A stretch of DNA of 64,000 bases from Candidatus Babeliales bacterium (GTDB lineage: Bacteria; Babelota; Babeliae; Babelales; Vermiphilaceae). The notes under the pieces are model-generated. The model ran no database searches. It was not told the origin of the DNA and worked only from the letters and a program-made list of their open reading frames with translations. The stretch covers positions 320,001 through 384,000 of the forward strand of contig CAVUQO010000003.1 in the NCBI GenBank assembly GCA_963743635.1, given 5' to 3'. Below are positions 9,264-18,456 of the stretch, one piece after another. Positions within the stretch are counted from its first letter, which is position 1, and every line of letters starts with the position of its first letter. A program made the translations under genes and the position numbers.

Positions 9264-11960
9264 ATGAAGTATATAAAGATGATAGCAATTGCCGTGATGT
9301 TCGCGGGAATTGGTGGCGTGGTGTACTTTAACGCGAGCCAGCCGCCAGCACCGCAAGAAGGGCAGGTTAAGACGATCAGAGTAGCGCAACCGGCAGCAGG
9401 AGGTCAGGAAATTCAATATGTTAATGAAACGTTGAATTTGAGTGATGAAGACCCAATTGGCCTCATCTCATTTTCAGATTTAATCGAAGCAAAAAGAGAG
9501 GCAAATCTGCCTTATATTATTGCACGCGTTCAGACTGATAATGGATATCATCGTTATTATGATGCTCATGCATTGAATAACTATTTGTTTGGCATTTTGG
9601 GCCGTGCACCATTCAAGGAAATTAGTGAGTATGCGGATATTTATCGTGTTCCAATAGCAAGAATCGATTACTTTATTATTAATGAGCCTATTGCGGGATC
9701 AGCATTGCGCACTCAAGAATTTAGACATTGGTGTTCATTTGATGATTTGGTGGCAGACACACCACGTTGGGCAGCTGAATTTTATGCAAATGAACCAGCT
9801 CCGGCCGAGCAGCCGTTGACGCCAGCAGAAATGTTAGAGCGTGCATATCATTTTTATAGTGGCTTTAATGAAGAAGATGAACCGATTGAGCGGGATTATG
9901 CGCGAGCCTTTGCGGATTGTCAGTCTGTTGCCGCTCAAACTGAGGATCCTCAGGCAGCCGCGGCAGCTGCTAATATGCTTGGTAATATGTATCGCAAAGG
10001 GCATGGTGTGGATCAAAATTATCAGCAAGCAATTGTATATTATCGACAAGCAGCAGCTCAAATCTATGATGTGTATGCAGCTATGAAAGCATTAGAAAAT
10101 CTGGGTGATATGTATCGTATGGGCGAAGGAGTTGCGCAAGATCATGAGCAGGCAGCTGATTATTATAATCAGGTAATCGCGCGAGCGGATGAGGCTGGAA
10201 TTCCTGGAGATGCTGCAGAAGCACAAATAAGGCTTGGCAATATGTATTACTATGCTGAAAGATTTCCTCGGAATTATGCAAGGGCGCGTGGGTATTTCGA
10301 GCAAGCAGCAAATCAGAATGTTAATCCGTGGGCATCAGCGTTAGCCAAATACTGTTTGGGGGAAATCTATTATAAAGGATATGGCATAGCTCGGGATTAT
10401 GCTCAGGCGCGTGGGCATTTCGAGCAAGCAGCAAATCAGAATGATAATACGTGGGCATCAGCGGTAGCCAAATACTGTTTGGGGGAAATCTATTATAAAG
10501 GAAATGGCGTAGCTCGGAATTATGCAAGGGCGCGTAGGTATTTCGAGCAAGCAGCAAATCAGAATGTTCATCCGTGGGCAACAGCGGCAGCCAAATACTA
10601 TTTGGGGGAAATCTATTATAAAGGATATGGCGTAGCTCGGAATTATGCACGGGCGCGTGGGTATTTCGAGCAAGCAGCAAATCAGAATGATGATCCGGTG
10701 GCCTCAGCGGGAAGCAAAGCCTATTTGGGGGAAATCTATTATAAGGGAAATGGCGTAGCCCGGGATTATGCAAGGGCGCGTGGGTATTTCGAACAAGCAG
10801 CAAATCAGAATGATAATCTGTTGGCCTCAGTGGGAAGCAAATACTATTTGGGGGAAATCTATTATAAAGGATATGGCATAGCTCGGGATTATGCAAGGGC
10901 GCGTGGGTATTTCGAGCAAGCAGCAAATCAGAATGATAATCTGTTGGCATCAGCGGGAAGCAAATACTATTTGGGGGAAATCTATTATAAAGGAAATGGC
11001 GTAGCCCGGGATTATGCAAGGGCGCGCCAGTATTTCGAGCAAGCAGCAAATCAGAATGATAATCTGTTGGCATCAGCGGGAAGCAAATACTATTTGGGGG
11101 AAATCTATTATAAAGGATATGGCGTAGCTCGGGATTATGCTCAGGCGCGTGGGCATTTCGAGCAAGTAGCAAATCAGAATGATGATCCGGTGGCAGCAGT
11201 GACAGCCAAAGCCTATTTGGGGGAAATTTATTATAAGGGAAACGGCGTAGGTCAGGATTATGCAAGGGCGCGTGGGTATTTCGAGCAAGTAGCAAATCAG
11301 AATGATGATCCGGTGGCAGCAGCGGCAGCCAAACACTTTTTGGGGCTAATCTATTATAAGGGAAATGGCGTAGGTCAGGATTATGCAATAGCGCGCCAGT
11401 ATTTTGAGCAAGCAGCAAATCAGAATGATAATCCGGCGATATCAGCGGGAAGCAAAGTCTATTTGGGGGAAATCTATTATCAGGGAAATGGCGTAGGTCA
11501 GGATTATGCAAGGGCGCGTGGGTATTTCGAGCAAGCAGCAAATCAGAATGTTAATCCGTGGGCAGCAGTGGGAAGCAAAGGCTGTTTGGGGGAAATCTAT
11601 TATCAGGGAAATGGTGTAGCTCGGGATTATGCAAGGGCGCGTCAGTATTTCGAGCAAGCAGCAAATCAGAATGATTATCCGGCGACATCAGCGGGAAGCA
11701 AATACTATTTGGGAGAAATCTATCTTGAGGGAAATGGCGTAGAAAAAAATTATGCCATGGCGCGTACCTGGTATCAGCAGGTAATAGATTCTCAACACAT
11801 TAATGAGGCAGGTAAAAATCCAGCGCGCGCAAGAATTGCTGAGATAGATAGGCTTGAGGCAGCTGAGGCAGCGGGTGTAAAGCGTGAAGGTGAAGCTGCT
11901 GAAGGGGAAACTGCGAAGCGTCAAAAAATGAATAAAGAAGATGATAATAATAACAATTAA
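9264..11960 (+). CDS. Secreted/anchored Sel1-like repeat protein C with 12 near-identical 41-aa repeats and C-terminal NLS-like tail
   Basis: 898-aa ORF, AAGGAG RBS, hydrophobic N-terminus, family N-domain, Sel1 repeats. Confidence 0.9.
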   Translation: MKYIKMIAIAVMFAGIGGVVYFNASQPPAPQEGQVKTIRVAQPAAGGQEIQYVNETLNLSDEDPIGLISFSDLIEAKREANLPYIIARVQTDNGYHRYYDAHALNNYLFGILGRAPFKEISEYADIYRVPIARIDYFIINEPIAGSALRTQEFRHWCSFDDLVADTPRWAAEFYANEPAPAEQPLTPAEMLERAYHFYSGFNEEDEPIERDYARAFADCQSVAAQTEDPQAAAAAANMLGNMYRKGHGVDQNYQQAIVYYRQAAAQIYDVYAAMKALENLGDMYRMGEGVAQDHEQAADYYNQVIARADEAGIPGDAAEAQIRLGNMYYYAERFPRNYARARGYFEQAANQNVNPWASALAKYCLGEIYYKGYGIARDYAQARGHFEQAANQNDNTWASAVAKYCLGEIYYKGNGVARNYARARRYFEQAANQNVHPWATAAAKYYLGEIYYKGYGVARNYARARGYFEQAANQNDDPVASAGSKAYLGEIYYKGNGVARDYARARGYFEQAANQNDNLLASVGSKYYLGEIYYKGYGIARDYARARGYFEQAANQNDNLLASAGSKYYLGEIYYKGNGVARDYARARQYFEQAANQNDNLLASAGSKYYLGEIYYKGYGVARDYAQARGHFEQVANQNDDPVAAVTAKAYLGEIYYKGNGVGQDYARARGYFEQVANQNDDPVAAAAAKHFLGLIYYKGNGVGQDYAIARQYFEQAANQNDNPAISAGSKVYLGEIYYQGNGVGQDYARARGYFEQAANQNVNPWAAVGSKGCLGEIYYQGNGVARDYARARQYFEQAANQNDYPATSAGSKYYLGEIYLEGNGVEKNYAMARTWYQQVIDSQHINEAGKNPARARIAEIDRLEAAEAAGVKREGEAAEGETAKRQKMNKEDDNNNN
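10268..11743 (+). repeat. Tandem array of 12 x 123-bp coding repeats
   Basis: GCAAATCAGAATG recurs every 123 nt (e.g. 10431, 10554, 10677 ... 11661). Three homologous units also occur in protein A (about 6860-7230). Confidence 0.95.
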
Positions 11961-12050
11961 AAGGGTGCCAAAAACATTCAAGCAAAGCTTAATGCATTAC
12001 AAAGAGTGAAAACAAAATAATTAGATTGTATTAATAAAAAAGGCGAAACG

Positions 12051-13997
12051 ATGAAGTATATAAAGATGATAGCAATTGCCATGATGTTAGCGGGAATTGG
12101 TGGCGTGGTGTATTTTGACGCAAGTCAACCGCCGGCACCGCAAGAAGGGCAGGTTAAGACGATCAGAGTAGCGCAACCGGCAGCAGGAGGTCAGGAAATT
12201 CAATATGTTAATGAAGCGTTGAATTTGAGTGATGAGGATCCAATTGGCCTCATCTCATTTTCAGATTTAATCGAAGCAAAAAGAGAGGCAAATCTGCCTT
12301 ATATTATTGCACGCGTTCAGACTAATAATGGACATCATCGTTATTATGATGCTCATGCATTGAATAGCTATTTGTTTGGCATTTTGGGCCGTAGACCATT
12401 TAAGGAAATTAGTGAGTATGCGGATATTCATCGTGTTCCAATAGCAAGAATCGATTACTTTATTATTAATGAGCCTATTGCAGAGTCAGCATTGCGCACT
12501 CAAGAATTTAGACATTGGTGTTCATTTGATGATCTGGTGGCACACACACCTCGTTGGTCAGCTGAATTTTATGCGAATGAGCCCGCTCCTGTTGTGCAGC
12601 CGTTGACGCCAGCAGAAATGTTAGAGCGTGCGCATCAGCTTTATGATGGCTTTAATGAAGAACATGAAGAAGTGGAGCCGGATTATGTGCGAGCCTTTGC
12701 AGATTTTCAGTCTGTTGCCGATCAAACTGAGGATCCTCAAGCTGCTGCGGAGGCTGCTAATATGCTTGGTGCTATGTATCGCGAAGGGCATGGTGTGGCT
12801 CAAAATTATCCTCAAGCAGTTGCATATTATCGACAAGCAGCAGCTCAAGTCTATGATGTGTATGCAGCTATGGAATCATTAGAAAATCTGGGTGATATGT
12901 ATCGTCTAGGCGAAGGAGTTGTGCAAGATTATGAGCAAGCAGCTGATTATTATAATCAGGTAATCGCGCGAGCGGATGACGCTGCCATTCCTGAAGATGG
13001 CGCAGAAGCACAAATAAAGCTCGGCGATATGTATTATGATGGTGAAGGCTTTCCTCAAAGTTATGCTCAGGCGCGTGAGCATTATGAACAAGCAGCAGAG
13101 CAAAACGCGGCACTTCAAGACATGGATTTTAATGCTGCAAGTACCGCACAATTGAAGCTTGGCAAGATGTATTACAATGCTGAAGGCGTTCAAAAAGATG
13201 ATGCTAGGGCACTGGAATATTTCAGGCTCGCATTATTAGGCAATCCCCATATGAATATGGATGATGAGGTGCGCAGAGAAGCAATGGAGTATTTTGTAAG
13301 GCTTGATCCAGTTGCGGCGGCGCAGGCTCAGCTAGAGATTAGTAGAAGATATGCAGATTTTTTGATGTTTGATAAAACACTTGAATACTTGGAATCAGCA
13401 GCGAATCAACGGGCAGATATAGAGATAGCAATCAAAGCGTTAATTCAGTTGGGGAATATGTATTACAGCGGCCAACAAGGATTTGATGGTCAAGAAGTAG
13501 TTGCTCAAGATTATCAGCAGGCGCTTGCATATCGTAATCAGGCAGTGGATTTGGCAGATCAGCACGGGCTTTCTGAATTAGCAGCACCTGTGCACGTAAC
13601 ATTGGGCGATATGTATAATTATGGTGAAGGAATTAATCAAAATCGAGTCCAGGCGCTTGCCCATTATGAAAGGGCTGCGGGACAAAATAATGATCCCCAA
13701 GCGGCAGTGCATGGAAAGTATGGCCTTGGTTGGTTATATTATTTGAATGGTATAGGTGGAATTGCTGAAGACTATGCGAAGGCACGAAGATTTTTTGAGG
13801 ATGTGGTAAATAGTCCTGATGCGATAGCTTGGCAAAAACCAGTGGCGCAGCAATATCTCGGTAAAATGTATTATGAGGGATGGGGCGGTCCGGTCAATCG
13901 TGATCAAGCGCGTATATATTTTGAACAGGTGGTAAATAATCCTGATGCGTCTGATTATGATAAGCAAGAAGCGCGAGCCTATCTGAGTCGTCAGTAG
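12051..13997 (+). CDS. Secreted/anchored Sel1-like repeat protein D
   Basis: 648 aa; first about 340 aa near-identical to protein C, followed by divergent Sel1 repeats. Confidence 0.88.
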   Translation: MKYIKMIAIAMMLAGIGGVVYFDASQPPAPQEGQVKTIRVAQPAAGGQEIQYVNEALNLSDEDPIGLISFSDLIEAKREANLPYIIARVQTNNGHHRYYDAHALNSYLFGILGRRPFKEISEYADIHRVPIARIDYFIINEPIAESALRTQEFRHWCSFDDLVAHTPRWSAEFYANEPAPVVQPLTPAEMLERAHQLYDGFNEEHEEVEPDYVRAFADFQSVADQTEDPQAAAEAANMLGAMYREGHGVAQNYPQAVAYYRQAAAQVYDVYAAMESLENLGDMYRLGEGVVQDYEQAADYYNQVIARADDAAIPEDGAEAQIKLGDMYYDGEGFPQSYAQAREHYEQAAEQNAALQDMDFNAASTAQLKLGKMYYNAEGVQKDDARALEYFRLALLGNPHMNMDDEVRREAMEYFVRLDPVAAAQAQLEISRRYADFLMFDKTLEYLESAANQRADIEIAIKALIQLGNMYYSGQQGFDGQEVVAQDYQQALAYRNQAVDLADQHGLSELAAPVHVTLGDMYNYGEGINQNRVQALAHYERAAGQNNDPQAAVHGKYGLGWLYYLNGIGGIAEDYAKARRFFEDVVNSPDAIAWQKPVAQQYLGKMYYEGWGGPVNRDQARIYFEQVVNNPDASDYDKQEARAYLSRQ

Positions 13998-14024
13998 ATC
14001 AAAGAGCTCAAAAAAAAGGGGGAA

Positions 14025-15449
14025 ATGGTGAAGCAATATATAAAAATGATAGCAATTGCCGTGATGTTGGCGGGAATTGGTGGCGTGGTGTACTTTAACG
14101 CGAGTCAACCGCCGCAGGTAGCATCGCCAAAAGAATTATTAGATCAGGCGTATAGGTTACTTCAGGCAAGCAATCAGAGTGAAGCGAGCGTACTGTTGCA
14201 AAGTATTGCCGCGCAAAAAGATGATCTTTTATCTGCCGCAAAAGCAAATAACGAACTTGGTCGTTTGTATATGGGTATTAATAATGAGCGATCGACGAGA
14301 TATTTTGAAACGGCTCGTACATTATGTGAGCGGATACTAGAAAGTGAGCCAAGTGATTCCTTCGCGGCAGTAAAAGCGAATGGGATTGTTGGCGATATAT
14401 ATCGATTCGGGTTGCTCGGAGATGCAGATTATAATAAAGCGCGTGCTTATTTTGAACAAGTTATCACTCAACGGAAGTTCATGAAGGAAGCGATATATGC
14501 ATGCTATGCACTCGGGATACTCTATTATAAAGGGCAGCCAGGAGTGCTGCCGCGGGATTATGAGCGGGCGCGTCACTATTTTGAGCGAACGCTTACCTAT
14601 ACAGCTGAATTAAATGGATATCAGGGGTCAGCGACATATTATCTTGGAAAGATGTATTATCATAATCTGCTTGGCAGTACCGCAAATTATGATTTAGCGC
14701 GTCACTATTTTGAGCGCGCTCTCATGAATCAAGCCATGCCAAAGGTTAGGAGAGCCTCAGCGGATCACGATATGGGCACGATCTATTATGGGGGACTAGG
14801 AATTGCGCGGAATTATGTTTTGGCGCGTCAGCATTTTGAGCAGGTGCTGGAGAACGAAGATGCATCAGATCTCGATAGGGAAACAGCGGAATGGTTTCTT
14901 GGTACTATCTATTATCGTGGACAGGGCGTTGACCAAGATTATGTTCGAGCGCGTGACTATTTTCAGCAAGTCGTGACCAATTCTACGACACCAAATGCAG
15001 AGCTAACTTCGGCCTTATGCCGTCTTGGGGTCATATATTATTACGGGCAGGGAATAGATATAAATTATAATCTATCGCGCGAGTATTTTGAAAAGGTGTT
15101 GACGTATAGAATCGCATCTCCGAACAATACAGCAGAAGCAAAAGCGTTGCTGGGCTTTATCTATTATGACGGGAAAGGCGGTCCTCGGAATTACCGTCAA
15201 GCATACACTTATTTACATGAAGTTGTTGATCATCCATTTTTGACTCCAGCAGGGCAAGCATTGGCACAATTGTATCTTGGTAAGATGTATTATCATGGGC
15301 ATGGAGTTGGGAGCGATAAAGATCGGGCGTTTCATTATCTTGAACTTGCTGAGGGAAGTGGGCTCTTAACGGATGAACAAAATGATCTTGCACTCAATCT
15401 TATGAGCTTGATACGGGATATGCCCATGAGCAGCAAGCCAATCTTGTGA
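14025..15449 (+). CDS. Secreted/anchored Sel1-like repeat protein E
   Basis: Shares the N-terminal leader YIKMIAIAVMLAGIGGVVYFNASQPP with C and D, followed by Sel1 repeats; lacks the family N-domain. Confidence 0.85.
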   Translation: MVKQYIKMIAIAVMLAGIGGVVYFNASQPPQVASPKELLDQAYRLLQASNQSEASVLLQSIAAQKDDLLSAAKANNELGRLYMGINNERSTRYFETARTLCERILESEPSDSFAAVKANGIVGDIYRFGLLGDADYNKARAYFEQVITQRKFMKEAIYACYALGILYYKGQPGVLPRDYERARHYFERTLTYTAELNGYQGSATYYLGKMYYHNLLGSTANYDLARHYFERALMNQAMPKVRRASADHDMGTIYYGGLGIARNYVLARQHFEQVLENEDASDLDRETAEWFLGTIYYRGQGVDQDYVRARDYFQQVVTNSTTPNAELTSALCRLGVIYYYGQGIDINYNLSREYFEKVLTYRIASPNNTAEAKALLGFIYYDGKGGPRNYRQAYTYLHEVVDHPFLTPAGQALAQLYLGKMYYHGHGVGSDKDRAFHYLELAEGSGLLTDEQNDLALNLMSLIRDMPMSSKPIL

Positions 15450-15492
15450 TGTAATCCATAAAACACGTGATGCTTCACGAACCAAAATAAAT

Positions 15493-15527
15493 AAGGCCCT
15501 GACTCTCGAATGAGTCAGGGCCTTTTA
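15493..15527. terminator. Bidirectional terminator between convergent genes
   Basis: AAGGCCCTGACTC/GAGTCAGGGCCTT perfect 13-bp stem. Confidence 0.8.
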
Positions 15528-15546
15528 GATTTAAGCTATTGGCAGT

Positions 15547-15777
15547 TTATCGACTGCAAACACCATTAGCGCAACCACCGCGACGTGGCTGATTTTTAAC
15601 CGTACGACGGCTAACCATACGACGGCTTGGAGCCTTGTATGTTCTGGTTGCTTTAACAACGGTTGCAGCTGGTCTGCGCATTGAGCAAACGCCATTGCTA
15701 CATGCTGCCTTCAAGAGTGAACTAGTCATAGTAACGATTGTGCACATAACGAATGCACGTTTTAATAAGGTCTTCAT
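15547..15777 (-). CDS. Small secreted basic peptide with two CxNGVCS motifs
   Basis: GGAGG RBS, signal peptide, CSNGVCS ... CANGVCSR. Confidence 0.7.
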   Translation of the reverse strand: MKTLLKRAFVMCTIVTMTSSLLKAACSNGVCSMRRPAATVVKATRTYKAPSRRMVSRRTVKNQPRRGGCANGVCSR

Positions 15778-15816
15778 AATAAAGCCTCCATTTTGAATAG
15801 TAAATAAGATATATAC

Positions 15817-16449
15817 CTACTCATATTTCGCATCAGTTCCATTATCCGGTTCTGGCGCGACATGAGATTCTTTATTCACTACTGGCTCTACTTTTTTTTC
15901 TTCTGCTTTTTGCTCATCTGCTTTAAGCAGTTGTTTGCGTTGATATTTTTGTATTGCTTCAAACACCACATCGGTCATAATTGCTTGCGCAAGAAGATCT
16001 TGTATCAAGCGCTTGCGTTCTGCAGCATAGATGGGGTTGAGCCATGCGCCCTTGCTGATTTCGGCATGAAGCGATGTTGTTTTATAGGAGAGCGCAATAA
16101 GCTCTTTGCTATAACCGTATCTATTGATCAAACCCATGAGTTCATCATCAATTACGTGAAGGACATTGAGTAACATTTCTTGCTGATTGGGTAATTTTTG
16201 TTGTTCTGCAGTATTAAGCAGTTCTATCATGAGGGTGTTTAACGCATTGTAATCTCGTGGTAATAATAAACGAGAATACTTACTTTCAAATTGTTTTTTA
16301 CACATTTCAATCTGAGCACTGTTTTTTTCCAATGCTTTCAGTTTCGCGATCACCTGAATTGCTCGATCGTAATTGACGTAACGAGCCTGAATATCAGGGT
16401 GAACACTCAGGAGCATACTAAGAGTGAGAATTATGAGATTTTTTTGCAT
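15817..16449 (-). CDS. Hypothetical secreted helical protein
   Basis: 210-aa ORF with signal peptide and AAGGA RBS. Confidence 0.7.
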   Translation of the reverse strand: MQKNLIILTLSMLLSVHPDIQARYVNYDRAIQVIAKLKALEKNSAQIEMCKKQFESKYSRLLLPRDYNALNTLMIELLNTAEQQKLPNQQEMLLNVLHVIDDELMGLINRYGYSKELIALSYKTTSLHAEISKGAWLNPIYAAERKRLIQDLLAQAIMTDVVFEAIQKYQRKQLLKADEQKAEEKKVEPVVNKESHVAPEPDNGTDAKYE

Positions 16450-16642
16450 TGTGAGTCCTTGGCGGTTCTTTGATTGTGACGGTCTTTATTTATAACGTCA
16501 CTATCATAATCCACCAGGAGCTCTCTTGCAAATTCCATAATCAGGTTTTGCTCCGTATTATCCAGTATAATAGGTCTAAATCTGCATGCAAACGGTACGA
16601 TTGGCAGGGGGTTTTGAAGGGTCGCCAGGTATAATTTAATAA

Positions 16643-16680
16643 TATAGGCCTGAGCAAGATAATCCTGCTCAGGCCTATTT
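16643..16680. terminator. Hairpin terminator downstream of the thioredoxin
   Basis: ATAGGCCTGAGCA/TGCTCAGGCCTAT inverted repeat. Confidence 0.7.
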
Positions 16681-16692
16681 GTTATTGTTGAT

Positions 16693-17103
16693 TTACGCAG
16701 CTGGTGGTGTTGCGTTGGTAAACGCCGTCGTTACGTAATTGACCAAGTCATTGATTGGCTGGAAGCCTGATGATTGGCTAATTTTTACGCCATCAAGGTA
16801 GCAATAGAGCGTTGGCATGCTTCTGATGCCAAAAGTGCTCGTGACGCCAGGAAGAGCGACATCAATTTTCACAAAAAGAACATCGTTAATTCTTGAGGGT
16901 AGTTGTGCATAGTGAGGCGCCATGCGTTTGCAGGGAGGGCAGGTTGGCGAATAAAAATCAACTACAACGCGTGCATTGCTGCTGATAATGCTTTGCAGTT
17001 GTGCTACGGAAGTTGCTTCAACAACGGAGCTACTGGCTTCAATTATGGCCGGTGCAACGCAAGACATAAGGAGAATAAATGCAGTGTAAGAACGTAAGTT
17101 CAT
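16693..17103 (-). CDS. Exported thioredoxin-family protein (CPPC)
   Basis: VVVDFYSPTCPPCK, FVKIDV, GIRSMPTL motifs; signal peptide. Confidence 0.88.
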   Translation of the reverse strand: MNLRSYTAFILLMSCVAPAIIEASSSVVEATSVAQLQSIISSNARVVVDFYSPTCPPCKRMAPHYAQLPSRINDVLFVKIDVALPGVTSTFGIRSMPTLYCYLDGVKISQSSGFQPINDLVNYVTTAFTNATPPAA

Positions 17104-17203
17104 TGAACTATCCTTTCAATAATGGTTATGAGAATAACATATTCTCATCTTGTATGTTTCCATTTCATAGCATAGACCGCGCCGCGTTCGATGGCAAATT
17201 CTT

Positions 17204-17947
17204 CTACGAAAGAAGATAGTCTTGAATAGATTTGTTCAAATCTTCTTCCAGGGAGGCAAGGACTGCTCGTTTGCATTCAGGAGAGTTAACATCGGCATAC
17301 TTTTTAGTGACACCTTCAATATTCAGCCCAGTTTGGCGGAAAACTTCTTTACCATTTTTGAAAAAGACAAGAAGTGGAATGTTCTCAACGGGCATACCTA
17401 AAATCTTGTGTTGTGTGATGTCAACATTGATGATCCGCACTTTAGATGCATATACTGTTGCAGTGCGCTCAAGAACTGGCTGAAAGAACTGACATGGCGG
17501 GCACCATGAAGCAGTAAATCGCACTATTACATTTTCATGTGTTGCAAATTCATGTTCTAGCGCCAGATACCCAACCGTTTGTCTGATGATGCTATCAAAA
17601 AAAAAATCGGTCCATTCCTTACTCATAGTTTGTGCATTGAAATCAACCTTTTTTTGCAGGTCGTCATGCACGCATTCAATCAAAGGACGTATTGCATCAG
17701 ATTGATACGCGGCATTGAGAAAAGCATATGTTTCATCAACGAGTGCGCTATTTAACATAGTTGAGAATTCTTCCTGCGTAGCAGATCCTTTACGATTTGC
17801 ATTCTCAGGAATGATCATACACATTTCATTAATAAGCGTAGTGAAATCGATCAGGGCTGACGGTGTTTGGATATTATTTTCCATCGCATTGAGTGCAATT
17901 GACGAGCCAAGAAGTAGTACAAGAGTGAGAGTAGTATTAAATTTCAT
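17204..17947 (-). CDS. Exported protein with C-terminal thioredoxin domain (WCPPC)
   Basis: Likely start MKFNTTL after AAGGA; signal peptide; FTASWCPPC and VENIPLLVFFKNG. Confidence 0.85.
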   Translation of the reverse strand: MKFNTTLTLVLLLGSSIALNAMENNIQTPSALIDFTTLINEMCMIIPENANRKGSATQEEFSTMLNSALVDETYAFLNAAYQSDAIRPLIECVHDDLQKKVDFNAQTMSKEWTDFFFDSIIRQTVGYLALEHEFATHENVIVRFTASWCPPCQFFQPVLERTATVYASKVRIINVDITQHKILGMPVENIPLLVFFKNGKEVFRQTGLNIEGVTKKYADVNSPECKRAVLASLEEDLNKSIQDYLLS

Positions 17948-18060
17948 AGTATTGTTCCTTTGGTGATTGTTTTTAATTAGAGTTGGTAACCGTAGTAGGA
18001 TATAAGAGCCATAGTGCATTGTCAAAATGGGTATATTTATCACAAAAGAAAGGATCAGAT

Positions 18061-18456
18061 ATGGATTATACAAAAGCAGGAATCATAGCAGGGGTAATAT
18101 TTGTATTATTGGATAGTGTGTGGTTGGGGTTGATTGCGCGATCATTCTATAAAGAGCAGTTAGGCACATTAATGCGCGCACAGCCGCAGTGGTGGGCAGC
18201 AGGATGCGTATATCTATTTATGATTGCAGGATTTGTTTGGTTTGTATTTCCGCAGGTATCGATGGTTCGCTCCGTGATGAGCGCGGTGCAATATGGCGCC
18301 CGCTTTGGCGTTGTAGTTTTTGGAGTGTATGAATGCACCAATTATGCAACCCTCGCTGGTTGGCCATTATCCTTGATGATAATCGATATCATCTGGGGAG
18401 GCGTGCTGTATGCTGCCGCGAGTGCTGCGGTGTTTTATCTACGATCATTTTGGTGA
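18061..18456 (+). CDS. Small membrane protein, DUF2177-like
   Basis: LLDSVWLG ... YGARFG..VFGVYECTNYATLAGWP....IDIIWG pattern; 4 TM segments; AAGGA RBS. Confidence 0.75.
   Translation: MDYTKAGIIAGVIFVLLDSVWLGLIARSFYKEQLGTLMRAQPQWWAAGCVYLFMIAGFVWFVFPQVSMVRSVMSAVQYGARFGVVVFGVYECTNYATLAGWPLSLMIIDIIWGGVLYAAASAAVFYLRSFW

Noticed and set aside
10321..11541. 406-aa antisense ORF (and 6713..7534) over the Sel1 repeats
   Set aside because: Shadow frames kept open by the repeat periodicity; no RBS or recognisable domain.
10268..11743. CRISPR array or DGR variable region
   Set aside because: The units are in-frame 123-bp coding repeats with no unique spacers. There is no cas or reverse transcriptase gene in the window, and many adenines are invariant, including at third positions of the variable codons, which is unlike DGR mutagenesis.
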